Of a stretch of DNA of 64,000 nucleotides, positions 1-10,236 are shown piece after piece. Made by a program: the position numbers and the translations under genes. The notes under the pieces are model-generated. The model made no database searches. It was given only the letters and a program-made list of their open reading frames with translations, and was not told the origin of the DNA. This DNA is from Acidobacteriota bacterium (GTDB lineage Bacteria > Acidobacteriota > UBA6911 > RPQK01 > JADFOI01). Location of the stretch: NCBI GenBank assembly GCA_963663035.1, contig OY760074.1, forward strand, positions 2,688,001-2,752,000. The letters run 5' to 3'. The number at the start of each line of letters is the position of its first letter. The first letter of the stretch is position 1.

Positions 1-284
1 CAGAAATCCAAACTGGAGTCAGTCTCATGCCCTTTGGGATCAACCATGACCCAGCCCGTCATGGCTCGACCCGTTATATCGAACTCTTTCGCGTAAGGTT
101 GTGAGAGTGCCTCTTGGTAGTGGGCAGGTCCGACCCGAACAATCAGAGAATCATTTAACACTCCGCAGGCCATGTTTCCATAAACCATGAACCCGACACC
201 GCCGAACATCTTCTTTTCGACTAAATCTGGCTGGTCGCTAAAGCCCTCACGAACACGCTGGGCTAACCCTTCATCGTACGCCAT
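1..284 (-). CDS. tfoX: TfoX/Sxy N-terminal domain protein (3' end runs off window)
   Basis: Manual translation from ATG at 284: MAYDEGLAQRVREGFSDQPDLVEKKMFGGVGFMVYGNMACGVLNDSLIVRVGP...FDITGRAMTGWVMV; EKKMFGG motif typical of TfoX_N. Not in ORF track. Confidence 0.85.
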   Translation of the reverse strand, partial: MAYDEGLAQRVREGFSDQPDLVEKKMFGGVGFMVYGNMACGVLNDSLIVRVGPAHYQEALSQPYAKEFDITGRAMTGWVMVDPKGHETDSSLDF

Positions 285-670
285 GCCTGCACTCAATCTT
301 CTCTAGTTGTACCCAAACCCAAACACCATCGAACCAACACATCGCTCCCCTTGAGAAGACTCAAAGCTGCACCAGGCGGTCATTTGTAAACTTGTGTTGA
401 CATGGTTTGCGGTAATCTCAAAGCTCCCATTTCAAGATGGTGGCCAAAAACAGACAGCAACTTGTTTAGGATCAGTGAGTTAAGCTAATTCTGCTAGATC
501 CTCTCAGCGGGATGGCACATGAATTGCTTTTTGAAGGAATGGCGTTCATGAGCAGACTTAATGGATTCCATGATTCACACTTCTTCAAAACACTGAGAAT
601 CACATCCGAGATCTGCCGGCAGATATGGTCCTTAGGTGAAACGCCCGGTTTCAACAATTGGAGGCAAACC

Positions 671-1759
671 ATGAAAGGGATTCGAATTGGTGTCCTGTTT
701 GTTCTGATCACCACAAATGCTTGCAGCCTCGCCCAAATTCTCACATCGTCGGTTGATTCTGAGGAGCTCCACACACTGATCAACGATGTCAATCAACAAT
801 CTGGGATCGAGGCCGTTCATTACGTTCGGGGACGAGTGCAGAAAGTCATACGGTCACCACTCGACATGGTCCTTGTAGGCCGACTCTTCGAGGAAGCATC
901 CAAGTCCTACGACCGGTGTTTTATTTCCACCAGAGAGCTAGGTTGCAGCCCTTATCTTTCTTACGGATTCGCCTATTGGCTGTCTATGTCGGAACAGTAT
1001 GAACAGTCCAACGAAATCCTTACACCGTTACTAGAGACAGGAGAGAACCTTCCCTACGCCAGACTCTCACTTGGATATAACTACATGAATTTGGACAAAA
1101 CAATGGAGGCCATAGCTGTCCTGGAAGAAGCAGCCAAGATCTTTCCAGATGCTGATCCTGATTTAACATATCGAATTCACAACAATTTGGGCATCGTCTA
1201 TTCCGATCTGGAGAAACTCGAAAAGAGCATTGTCCATTACCAGAAAGCAACCGAGGCGAATCCACATGACCCCTTCCCTTTTCAAAATATCGGTGCCGTG
1301 TATCAGGACTTAGGGGAATGGGAAAAGGCGATCGAGTATGGGCGTCAAGCAATAGAAATCAGTAGTTACCCGGCAGCACACTACGCTCTGGGATCGGCGT
1401 ACTTGGGAGTCGAGGCCTACGGACAAGCCGCCGAGCAGTTTGAAATCGCCGTCGAGCTGCTGCCCACCTATAAAATTGCTTGGCTATACCTAGGCAATTC
1501 CTATGTCGATCTCGGACGATACTCGGAAGCCAGGAATGCCTATAAGGAATGCTTGAAGATTGATCCTGAGTATGTCCATGGCTGGGCTGGTCTAGGTTGG
1601 GTCAGCAATAAGCTGGGGGACTATGAGTCCGCAATCGAAGAGTTTCAGCACGCACTTCAATATGGACCCGATGATAGGTTTGCACAAGCGCAATTGCAGA
1701 GAGCTCTGTCTGCTAAAAACAATCCCAGTAGAGGAGCCCAAGCCTCGCAGCCTAGATGA
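671..1759 (+). CDS. Exported tetratricopeptide repeat protein
   Basis: ORF 512..1759; likely start ATG 671 after GGAGG; hydrophobic signal-like N-terminus; several TPR units (HNNLGIVY, FQNIGAVY, HYALGSAY, WLYLGNSY, WAGLGWV). Confidence 0.85.
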   Translation: MKGIRIGVLFVLITTNACSLAQILTSSVDSEELHTLINDVNQQSGIEAVHYVRGRVQKVIRSPLDMVLVGRLFEEASKSYDRCFISTRELGCSPYLSYGFAYWLSMSEQYEQSNEILTPLLETGENLPYARLSLGYNYMNLDKTMEAIAVLEEAAKIFPDADPDLTYRIHNNLGIVYSDLEKLEKSIVHYQKATEANPHDPFPFQNIGAVYQDLGEWEKAIEYGRQAIEISSYPAAHYALGSAYLGVEAYGQAAEQFEIAVELLPTYKIAWLYLGNSYVDLGRYSEARNAYKECLKIDPEYVHGWAGLGWVSNKLGDYESAIEEFQHALQYGPDDRFAQAQLQRALSAKNNPSRGAQASQPR

Positions 1760-1763
1760 ATGA

Positions 1764-2597
1764 ATGAAAAGACCTTTTGTTTCGTTAATCACCTCTATTT
1801 TCGTTTCTCTGGCCTGTCTATCGAGTGGGCTTGCCCAGGAAACAAATGTCGCGGTTACTCTCAGTGACTCACTTGATCAGCCACAAGAAGCAGAGCCCGT
1901 CGTTCATTCTTTCGGCGGTCAGGAAATTACATTACCTATTGCTGTTCAGACAAGTTCACGAGAACAGATCCATTTGAAAGCGACTCTGACGCAGGTCACT
2001 TTTTCCCTGGCAGCAGAATACAACGTTGTCCCTGAGATATCCCCGTCACTCGACCAGGAAGATCGTCCCAGGGCAGACCGTGAGGTCAAATTAGAATTAC
2101 CAACAGTTCAAAGAGAGTCTGACTTTCAATTGAGCTTTCAAGCCCAAACAGCGTCGCAGGATCTGTGGTCCGAGGCCGGTGTTGTTCATATTCGAGTCTA
2201 CCCCAAAGACTTGTTAGCCCCTCTAAAGACTTGGTCCCGGAGAGTTCAGTTGCGGCTGGATGATAGCGAGGGAATCTTGGAAGGTTTCTTGGCAGCTCAG
2301 GATGTTGTCTTTGTCGATTCCAAAGCCCAGATGGAGAAGCGTGAGGGAGTTCCAATTGTCACCATGATTGTCAAACACACACACAAAGTTTCGTTGCCAC
2401 GACGTCCTCTGGCGCCCCACCATTCCATCATTGTTTTTAACGAGCAAGTGGAAAATCTAGCCAAGGTCGTGGTGAGACCGTTCGGTCAGGGCCAGTTGAT
2501 TCAGGTCGATCTTCAGATCATCCAACAGCTATCGGAGGATCCCAGGGCCCAAAAGCAATTTCTGGAAATCATTCAATTGGCCCATCAAGCCTTTTAG
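1764..2597 (+). CDS. Exported hypothetical protein
   Basis: 277 aa, signal peptide ending GLA-QE, 4 bp from upstream stop. Confidence 0.75.
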   Translation: MKRPFVSLITSIFVSLACLSSGLAQETNVAVTLSDSLDQPQEAEPVVHSFGGQEITLPIAVQTSSREQIHLKATLTQVTFSLAAEYNVVPEISPSLDQEDRPRADREVKLELPTVQRESDFQLSFQAQTASQDLWSEAGVVHIRVYPKDLLAPLKTWSRRVQLRLDDSEGILEGFLAAQDVVFVDSKAQMEKREGVPIVTMIVKHTHKVSLPRRPLAPHHSIIVFNEQVENLAKVVVRPFGQGQLIQVDLQIIQQLSEDPRAQKQFLEIIQLAHQAF

Positions 2598-2614
2598 TCA
2601 ACAGGAGGTTTTTT

Positions 2615-3764
2615 ATGAGAAGCAGAGTAAAAAGTGACTTGAGTCTCAGTATCTGTCTGGCATTCGCCCTAGTTCTCTTGGTCCCCACAGTGGGCCCAGG
2701 AGCAGGAAGCAGATCAGCAGCCTTACACGGTGGCAGTCCTGGACTTCCAATCGAGCGTGGAGGACCTGAAGGATGTGGCTCAGGATGTCACATTGCTGGT
2801 CAATGCCTACCTCTCTTCGGAAGAAGGGCTATCTCTGGCATGGGCCCAGGAGCAGGAAGCAGATCAGCAGCCTTACACGGTGGCAGTCCTGGACTTCCAA
2901 TCGAGCGTGGAGGACCTGAAGGATGTGGCTCAGGATGTCACATTGCTGGTCAATGCCTACCTCTCTTCGGAAGAAGGGCTATCTCTGGTGGAGAGGGCCG
3001 AATTGGATAAAGTGCTGGGAGAACTCGCCCTGGGAATGTCTGGTACGGTAACAGCGAATTCAGCAGCCAGGATCGGACAACTGACCGGTGCCAAGATCTT
3101 GGTTACCGGCCGTGTTTTTGCGATTCAAAACGAGCTCTATCTGGTCGCCAAAATTATCGGTTCAGAAACCGGCCAGGTTTTTGGTGAAACCGTAGACGTC
3201 TCCTTACGCTCTCCCTATGCGGATGCCAGCAAGGAATTGGCCCAACAAATCGCCCAAACTGTCCTGGCCAAAGGTGAGATTTTACTCGCCCAGAAGATAG
3301 AAACGCACGATTCCCTGGAAGACCTGAAGTTTCTGATGGAAGGAAAGGAAGGGCTTCCGGTGATCAGTGTGAGTATTGATGAGCAGCATGTAGGTCAGAG
3401 GGTTCTGGACCCGGCAGCAGAGACAGAAATCAATTTCGCCTTGTCGAGTTTGGGCTTTGATCTTGTTGATCCCGCCACCACCACCTCAGCACCAGATCTT
3501 GAGATTACCGGAGAGGCCTTCAGTGAATTCGGTATGCGGAACGGGGACCTGGTCTCCTGCAAGGGACGAGTGGAGGTGAAGGTTCTGGAGCGTTCAACCG
3601 GTAAGATCATTGCCGTCGACCGCCAAACCGAAGTGGCAGTGGACATATCCGAACAGATAGCCGGTAAGGCCGCACTTCAGACAGCAGCCCACAAGATCGC
3701 CATTCGCATCGTGCCCAAGATTCTGCAAGCCATGGAAGAGTCTGAAAGTTCGCTTTCACAATAG
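2615..3764 (+). CDS. CsgG/HfaB (curli-pore/FlgO-like fold) family protein; frameshifted, with a 150-bp internal duplication
   Basis: AGGAGG RBS then ATG 2615 and a signal peptide in one frame; main domain in ORF 2730..3764 (VAVLDF...LVERAELDKVLGELAL...AARIGQLTGAKILVTGRV). Confidence 0.75.
2691..2988 (+). repeat. Tandem duplication, period 150 bp (2691-2838 = 2841-2988)
   Basis: 148 identical bases read directly; copies separated by CA. Confidence 0.95.
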
Positions 3765-3777
3765 GAAAGTCCTGCCA

Positions 3778-6700
3778 TTGCCTAAACTGAAACGAAATGT
3801 ATCCATTGCCGGGGTGATCCTGTTGAGCGCTCTGCTCATCGGAATGCCCCAGAGGCAGGTCCAGGGGGCCAGTTTAGAGCAAATCGCGGTGATTAACTTT
3901 CAGCGAGCCGATGAGTTCGATGGTGCATTGAACCAGGAGGCCTCCACCACCACTCTCACCGTCGGGCCTCTCATTGCCCGCCGTGAAGATCAAACCTGGT
4001 TGAACAAGGCCATCGCAGATCTCTTGATCAAAAACCTCTCCGAAGTTCAGTCGTTGGTTGTTCTGGAACGAGAAAAGATGCAGACCTTTTCCAATGAAAT
4101 CGAACTCGGGGATTCCGCCGTGTTCAATCAGGAAAAGGCCCTGCGGGTAGGACGAGTGGCAAAGGTCGAGACGGTCATCTATGGGAATTACCTGATGTCA
4201 GGTAACCGAATCACCATTTCGATCTTCCTTTTAGATTTGGAGACACAGGATGTCCTCCAAACCGAAGAAGTCACCGGTGACTACGATCAACTGCGAACAC
4301 TCATCCAGGCACTGGTGTTTCAATTCCTGGGTAATCGCAATCTTGACCTTTCCCCCATCGAAAAGGAAAAGATTCGGTTCAAGGTCACCGATTCCATGAC
4401 TGCTACAGAGCACTTCTATCGAGGGATTGATCTTTATGATCAGGGGCAATACTCCGAGGCCTTTGGTGAATTCCTGAGGGCTGCTAACCAGGACAGTCAG
4501 TTTCTGGAGGCCAGTCTGTGGGTTGGGAAGATGCTGGAAGCTCAGGAATTTTATCGGCATTCGATCCTGACATACGAAAAGCTCTATGCAACCTTTCCTC
4601 AAAGCATTGAAGGCCGAGATGGACTTCTCTTTGCTGCCAAAATTTTGCAGCTCAAGTTAGGCGAGGAGGCCAAGGCCATTCAAGCTTTTAGAAAGTTGAC
4701 GGATATCCGTCCCATCAGTCCCCACAGCCTGCAGGCCTCATTTGAATTGGGTGACTTACTGCAAAACCGCGGTGAGTACTTTGAAGCCTATAAGCAGTTC
4801 CAAAAGGTTGATGATTTTCGCAACGAGAATTCCCTGACGCCCCTCTCTGCCCTGAGCTCACAAACCAGAACCTCGCGGTTTTTTACCTGGAGGGAGACCC
4901 TGGAGCTGTACAAGGAATCCATCGTGAAGATGGTTGCCCTCTATCGAAAAATGATTGGAGAGATGGATCAGGAAGAACTCCCAGCCGTTCCGCGAGGGAG
5001 CATACTGATTAGTGCGACAGATCCGAGTCATCATGAAGCTCGCTATGGGTACACGGAGTCTCTTTTTTCGCACGAATCCAGATATGAAAATTGGAATGAA
5101 AGACTTTATGTTGTTCTGGTTCCTGAAGGATACGCGGCCACGGGAATTGACTTCAGTATCACCGGGCAGATGAAGGAATTGTCTCCCGGTTATGATTTCG
5201 GGATGCGAATCCTACCCTTTCCTTTGCCGCGAGATTTTGACAGACACTGGTACGGCGTCATCTTCGGACAGACGGACAAAAAGACGACCTTGAGAAAGTC
5301 TGTTTCATTCTCCGGAGAGCGGCTCAATATTTTCACCATCCAGCTTCTCGAGAATCACTCCAAAATCTCTGATTGGAGCTTTCATGTGCAGCTGAGTGCA
5401 GAGGATCCCAGTCAAATTCAAACGGAAGCGCTCCAACCCACACCATCAGAGACGTTCTGGGAGGGACAGCCACTGGCTCGGATTCCCCTCCAGGTAAACA
5501 CTTTGGCTGGGGCTACGCGATTGCAACAACAGATCTGGTATCAGCCCAAGAAGGAAATGGATCTGCTCCATGACCCCGCGAGCGGCTATTACCTGGTCGT
5601 CTCTCAGGGGGAACTGGATGGCCAGCAAACGGATCTGTTTTTTGCCCATAGCGCAGACGGAAAACAATGGCCTCCTCTGGAGGGGCTGGGCATCCACTCA
5701 TCCAGCGAAGATTTCAATCCACGCCTGATCCGCTCCGAAGATGGAAGGATATGGCTGGCTTGGATTTCAACCCGCCGCGGGAAAGGCTGGGAGCTGATGT
5801 TGAGCCATCTCAATGAAGACAATGAGTGGGTGAGCCCCCGACGGGTTCCGTTGGAACGATTTTCAGACCCGGGCATGGAAAGCCGCATGAGCAATCTGGC
5901 GAACGTCCTCCTCGAATTTGACATCTTTCAAGACAACAGAGGTCGTTGGATCATCGCCTATTACTCCCATGATGATCAGAGCATGGTCCTCATCAGGTCC
6001 TCTGATGCCAGGGAATGGACGCTCTTGTCCAAAATTGAAACCGGCCAAGTGACTTATGGAGCCGCTTTGATCCAGGATAGCTCGGCGGTTTATCGTTTGG
6101 GATTCCTGGGTGAGCGGGGTCGTTTGCACCTGTGGAGTTCAAGGGACGGCATCCGATGGGATCAGCGCTACTTCGATATTCAGTTCTGGAATCAAGGCCT
6201 GACGCCCGGCCCCAGAGTTCATCGCCTGCGCTTATTTCCACTTGAGGCGGGTCATCTTCTCGTCCTGGTTTCGGACAATCAATATGGCTTGCAGTTTGCG
6301 CGTTTTCATGCGGATTCGGGAGAGCCCGTGTTGGATCTGGTCACCCGCGTGGGAATGGAGCCCTATTCTGTCACCCGCACATCAGACAACCACTATATCG
6401 TGGCCTTTAAAGAGGACGAATACATCACTCTCCGGCAGTATGAGAAGTTTAATATCAGTGGAGAGGAGATCAAAAAAGATACTCGAGGCTGGCCGATCTA
6501 CAGAGAAACCGAGGCGGATTTGGATGGCCACACCTGGACGCGGATTTTTGCTCAGATGCGTCGCATCGTGTCCGATGTCACCTCCCTGGGATTGGAAGCC
6601 AACGGCCGTCTCTGGTGGGGTATCGAGAGCGGCATCATGTACAAACAGGGAAACCAGTTTGTGGCCACAGATGTGTCTCAGGGATTTTTCTATCACTTCA

Positions 6701-7464
6701 TAACCCACATCGTCAGCTGCTCCAATCAGAGGGTTTGGTTTTCATCTCAATATCTCGATAAACCCCAACTCGGTCTTGTGCAGAGGCCGAACCTGGGCAC
6801 AAACAGCAGACTCAGATCTCAGACCGTTTGGGTCCCCAACCTCACTGGCTCCATCACCGATATGACCTGTGGAGGGGAAACTTCACAAATTCTGGTCAGC
6901 TCTGATGAGGGGAAAGTTGTGGGGTTTGATGGCCAGGAGACGTTCCTGGAACGATCCTTGCCCGTCAAGGCTCATATCACTGCCTTGACCTACGACAAGG
7001 AGAGAGATGAGCTGTGGGTGGGAACCCAGAATAATGGACTCTTCCTGTTTGCAGGGAATGAACTGAGGCAATACAACCCATCCAATTCATTGGTTTCCAA
7101 TCAGCTTATTGACTTGACTCTGGATCAGCAGGGGGCCTTGTGGGTGGGCTTGCGGGGTGGGGGATTAGTGCGGTACCAGCTGGGGAACTGGGAGCAATTT
7201 ACCCCCGAGAACTCCGACGTTCAGTATTGGTCAGTGGGGAAGCTGGCAGCTGACCCCGAGCGGGGCATCTGGTATCTCCCTCATGATGAGGTGCGCTCCA
7301 GAGGCCTGGGATATTTTGACGGCAACACGGGCCGAGTCTTTAATCCGCCCCATCAGATTCTAGCCAGTCCCAGTTCATTGCTGGTGGAACCCTCTGGAGT
7401 GATCTGGGTCGGCACCTGGTACGACGGCCTCTACCAATTGGTCAGGGAGGACCTAGTCCAGTGA
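3778..7464 (+). CDS. Large exported multidomain protein: CsgG/FlgO-like + TPR + BNR/sialidase-like propeller + Reg_prop-like repeats
   Basis: Signal peptide; IAVINF...VLEREKM...ALRVGRVAKVETVIYGNY; TPR (HFYRGIDLYDQGQYSEA); Asp-box-like SADGKQW, SSDAREW, SRDGIRW; LWVGTQNNGL, LWVGLRGGGL, IWVGTWYDGL repeats. Confidence 0.75.
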   Translation: MPKLKRNVSIAGVILLSALLIGMPQRQVQGASLEQIAVINFQRADEFDGALNQEASTTTLTVGPLIARREDQTWLNKAIADLLIKNLSEVQSLVVLEREKMQTFSNEIELGDSAVFNQEKALRVGRVAKVETVIYGNYLMSGNRITISIFLLDLETQDVLQTEEVTGDYDQLRTLIQALVFQFLGNRNLDLSPIEKEKIRFKVTDSMTATEHFYRGIDLYDQGQYSEAFGEFLRAANQDSQFLEASLWVGKMLEAQEFYRHSILTYEKLYATFPQSIEGRDGLLFAAKILQLKLGEEAKAIQAFRKLTDIRPISPHSLQASFELGDLLQNRGEYFEAYKQFQKVDDFRNENSLTPLSALSSQTRTSRFFTWRETLELYKESIVKMVALYRKMIGEMDQEELPAVPRGSILISATDPSHHEARYGYTESLFSHESRYENWNERLYVVLVPEGYAATGIDFSITGQMKELSPGYDFGMRILPFPLPRDFDRHWYGVIFGQTDKKTTLRKSVSFSGERLNIFTIQLLENHSKISDWSFHVQLSAEDPSQIQTEALQPTPSETFWEGQPLARIPLQVNTLAGATRLQQQIWYQPKKEMDLLHDPASGYYLVVSQGELDGQQTDLFFAHSADGKQWPPLEGLGIHSSSEDFNPRLIRSEDGRIWLAWISTRRGKGWELMLSHLNEDNEWVSPRRVPLERFSDPGMESRMSNLANVLLEFDIFQDNRGRWIIAYYSHDDQSMVLIRSSDAREWTLLSKIETGQVTYGAALIQDSSAVYRLGFLGERGRLHLWSSRDGIRWDQRYFDIQFWNQGLTPGPRVHRLRLFPLEAGHLLVLVSDNQYGLQFARFHADSGEPVLDLVTRVGMEPYSVTRTSDNHYIVAFKEDEYITLRQYEKFNISGEEIKKDTRGWPIYRETEADLDGHTWTRIFAQMRRIVSDVTSLGLEANGRLWWGIESGIMYKQGNQFVATDVSQGFFYHFITHIVSCSNQRVWFSSQYLDKPQLGLVQRPNLGTNSRLRSQTVWVPNLTGSITDMTCGGETSQILVSSDEGKVVGFDGQETFLERSLPVKAHITALTYDKERDELWVGTQNNGLFLFAGNELRQYNPSNSLVSNQLIDLTLDQQGALWVGLRGGGLVRYQLGNWEQFTPENSDVQYWSVGKLAADPERGIWYLPHDEVRSRGLGYFDGNTGRVFNPPHQILASPSSLLVEPSGVIWVGTWYDGLYQLVREDLVQ

Positions 7465-8270
7465 AGAAGACCGCTCTCTTTTCAATCAGCATACTTTCTC
7501 TGACCTGGACCCTCAGTCAAGTCCAGGTTCTGGCACAGGACGTACCGGTCATCCTGATCGTGCCCTTTGAGAACGCCACAGGCACACAGGAGTACGATGC
7601 CCTGGAAGAAGGCCTTCCCGATCTGTTGACGGCCTTTTTGACCCCCCATGACGATCAACTGAGGATCATCGACCGAATTCTCCTGGAAGAGATCTTTGCT
7701 GAGAGAAGTCTCAGCTGGCAGGGTTTTTCGGAGAAGGATACTTTTCAGAAGGCAGGTCAGCTAGCCCAGGCACAGTACATTCTGAGGGGAAGCATTTCCC
7801 TCTCGGCGAATGTGTTGGGGATCAATGCCCTGCTCTATGAAACTGACACAACGCGTTTGGTCGGGTCCCTTGAGAGCTGGGTCCCCTCGGATCAATTAAC
7901 GAGTGCCGCCCAGGACCTTGCCCAGCAGCTCGCAGAACAGTTTGAGACCGAGATTCCGGAAGTTCCCGAACTCCCGCTCGAAGAAGATCCCGCCAAGAGT
8001 GTCAACCTCATGTATGGACTGAGCTATTACTATGCTGGCCAATACGAGAAGGCCTTGACTTATACCATGAAAATTCTCGAGGACGACGCCGATGATGAGT
8101 TGGGACGCTATTGGCTGGCCCAAAGTTTTCTGGGAGCGGGACTTGAGAACCACGCCCGCCTGGAATTCCAGGATTTCCTGGCAAGGTTCCCTGACAGCCC
8201 AAAGGCCGGGGAGATCAGAAACCAGTTAGAGAGTTTAGAAAAAAAGGAGGACAGATCGAATGTTCAATAA
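7461..8270 (+). CDS. Exported FlgO/CsgG-like + TPR protein
   Basis: GTGA overlap with upstream gene; ILIVPFENATG...GLPDLLT...IIDR; C-terminal TPR-like (GLSYYYAGQYEKA, FLARFPDSPKA). Confidence 0.75.
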   Translation: MKKTALFSISILSLTWTLSQVQVLAQDVPVILIVPFENATGTQEYDALEEGLPDLLTAFLTPHDDQLRIIDRILLEEIFAERSLSWQGFSEKDTFQKAGQLAQAQYILRGSISLSANVLGINALLYETDTTRLVGSLESWVPSDQLTSAAQDLAQQLAEQFETEIPEVPELPLEEDPAKSVNLMYGLSYYYAGQYEKALTYTMKILEDDADDELGRYWLAQSFLGAGLENHARLEFQDFLARFPDSPKAGEIRNQLESLEKKEDRSNVQ

Positions 8271-9441
8271 ACAATGGGGCTTGCTCTTGCTCGTGGCTAT
8301 CGCTGCTGCCGCGATGCTCACAGTCTACTTCCGCGCTGAGGTGAGTGAGTCGTCAGTGGCGGGTCCACCCCGCGCTGAAGTCGATTGGCCTCCACAGTTA
8401 AATCAACCCTATCCGGATCTCGAGCTGATCGATCACGCCGGCCAGTCGGTGAGAATGTCGGATTTCAAAGGCAAGGTGATCGTGGTCGAGTATGTCGGCA
8501 TGACCTGTCCGGCCTGCCAGGCCTTCAGCGGAGCGCATGAAAAAGGAGCATACGGGAACATCGTCCCACAAGGAGGGCTTGGGTCGATCAAGGATTATTT
8601 CCCAGGCTCAACCGGCGGCCTGTCTCTGGAAGATGACCGAATCGTCTTCATTCAGATGTTGCTCTACAGCATGTCCATGGGCGCCCCGACTCCAGAGGAC
8701 GCAAAAGATTGGGCTCGCCACTTTCAAATGGATCGTCCCAAGAACCACCTTGTTCTGGCTGGAAAGGAAGAATTGTTGGGCCAGGCCAGTTATGACATGA
8801 TTCCCGGCTTTCAGTTGATTGACAAACAGTTCGTTTTAAGGTCAGACAGCACGGGCCATCGCCCCCGCCACAACCTTTGGCGCGAGCTGTTGCCCCTGGT
8901 TCCGAAACTGCTCAAGGAGGCCGACGGGATGAGCATCAACGACGCCTATCGCTCAATCCCGCATCGGCAAACCACCTACCAGGTTTTGCCCGCCTCCATC
9001 TCGTCAAAGGATGCGGGATCTCTCGACAGGCTGTTCGGCATCGTCGATCGGGCCGTTGTGGCACGCGTTGAGACACTGAGCTGGTTGACCTCTGGAGGGA
9101 GGCAAGGGAAACCTGTTGCTGACTACCAGAGAACCTCAGAGGGGCTCCTTCGAGAACTGGAAAAACTCAACCCACCTGAGAGGATTGTTCCGGCAGTGAA
9201 TCTCATCGCAACTGCGCTCCAGGAGCAGCGCTCCTACTTTCGTGAATGGGATAAGGCCACGGCCGAGAGTCAACCGTTTCCCTACACCCTCTATAAGGAC
9301 GGAAATCTCCATTCCCTGGTGCGTTCCTCCAGCAGCAAGCTCATCCAGGCTTACAACCATCTGATGCAGAGCTTTCCCACCGAATCTCCACACAACCGCC
9401 AGGCCTTCTTCGACCACCTCTGTGCCCTGGACTTTATCTAG
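8260..9441 (+). CDS. Membrane-anchored thioredoxin-fold (TlpA/SCO-like, CPAC) protein fused to an unknown helical domain
   Basis: YPDLELIDHAGQSVRMSDFKGKVIVVEYVGMTCPAC; overlaps upstream stop; second domain begins MSINDAYRSIPHRQT and ends FFDHLCALDFI. Confidence 0.7.
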   Translation: MFNKQWGLLLLVAIAAAAMLTVYFRAEVSESSVAGPPRAEVDWPPQLNQPYPDLELIDHAGQSVRMSDFKGKVIVVEYVGMTCPACQAFSGAHEKGAYGNIVPQGGLGSIKDYFPGSTGGLSLEDDRIVFIQMLLYSMSMGAPTPEDAKDWARHFQMDRPKNHLVLAGKEELLGQASYDMIPGFQLIDKQFVLRSDSTGHRPRHNLWRELLPLVPKLLKEADGMSINDAYRSIPHRQTTYQVLPASISSKDAGSLDRLFGIVDRAVVARVETLSWLTSGGRQGKPVADYQRTSEGLLRELEKLNPPERIVPAVNLIATALQEQRSYFREWDKATAESQPFPYTLYKDGNLHSLVRSSSSKLIQAYNHLMQSFPTESPHNRQAFFDHLCALDFI

Positions 9442-9514
9442 CACGGAAACATACCAAAAGGTGGTGGCCGCCGTGGAGGTGGCCGCATCTCAATGACCAG
9501 TAATAATAGCTAAT

Positions 9515-9680
9515 ATTTACTGCCCAGACAGTAAATTGCGTAGGATTCATGCTGCTACCGCTTCTCTGCAGCCCCAAACGGACAAATATTACTGCGACAA
9601 CGGTAAATATACGTTAAGTTTCCCTAATCAGCATCCAAAACTGAAGCATTCAAGGAAATATTACTGCCATAGCAGTAAAT
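9515..9680. promoter_or_regulatory. Three palindromic operator-like sites TTACTG-N6-C(A/G)GTAA upstream of the hipB-like gene
   Basis: 9515-9536 ATTTACTG cccaga CAGTAAAT; 9587-9608 TATTACTG cgacaa CGGTAAAT; 9659-9680 TATTACTG ccatag CAGTAAAT. Confidence 0.8.
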
Positions 9681-9938
9681 ATGATATCCTTAGGCATGTC
9701 CTATTTCTCCGAAATGGCAAGAGCCGTCCGATTCCATCGAAAGGAGAGCGGTCTAACCCAGCTAGAACTCGCAAATTTAGCGGGAGTTGGTAAGACCGTG
9801 GTCTTCGATCTGGAGAAGGGAAAAGAAACCATTCGAGTCAGCACTCTACTGAAAATCCTAGAAGCCTTAAACATTCAAATCAAGCTGGAAAGTCCTTTGA
9901 TGGGTCTTTATCGGGAGATGAACGATGAGGATAGCTAA
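9681..9938 (+). CDS. hipB: XRE-family HTH antitoxin/regulator (HipB-like)
   Basis: HRKESGLTQLELANLAGVGKTVVFDLEKGK helix-turn-helix; first gene of a Hip triad. Confidence 0.85.
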   Translation: MISLGMSYFSEMARAVRFHRKESGLTQLELANLAGVGKTVVFDLEKGKETIRVSTLLKILEALNIQIKLESPLMGLYREMNDEDS

Positions 9939-10236
9939 CGTTTTCATGCACGATCGTAAAGCTGGAACGCTGATTGAGGAAACACCTGGGAGAAAGTACC
10001 GATTTGAGTATGACGGTGATTATGGCGGCGAACCCATTTCACTAGGCATGCCCATTTCAGAAAGAACTTTCGAATATGATCGCTTCCCACCAGTCTTCGA
10101 TGGACTACTCCCCGAAGGTGTTCTATTGGAAGCACTCTTAAGAAGAGGAAAAATAGACCGCGACGACCACTTCACTCAATTGTTGGCGGTAGGAGCCGAT
10201 TTGATTGGAGCCATTACAGTAGAGGAAGCACAATGA
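9925..10236 (+). CDS. HipA N-terminal-domain protein (HipS-like)
   Basis: YRFEYD...PISLGMP...FPPVFDGLLPEG...GADLIGAITV, typical of Couple_hipA. Confidence 0.85.
   Translation: MRIANVFMHDRKAGTLIEETPGRKYRFEYDGDYGGEPISLGMPISERTFEYDRFPPVFDGLLPEGVLLEALLRRGKIDRDDHFTQLLAVGADLIGAITVEEAQ

Noticed and set aside
2615-8270. Curli secretion operon
   Set aside because: No curlin-repeat subunits or CsgE/CsgF; only the shared fold motif.
9515-9680. Mini-CRISPR or iteron array (72-bp period)
   Set aside because: Only short palindromic half-sites are conserved and they sit directly before an HTH autoregulator; operator is the simpler reading.
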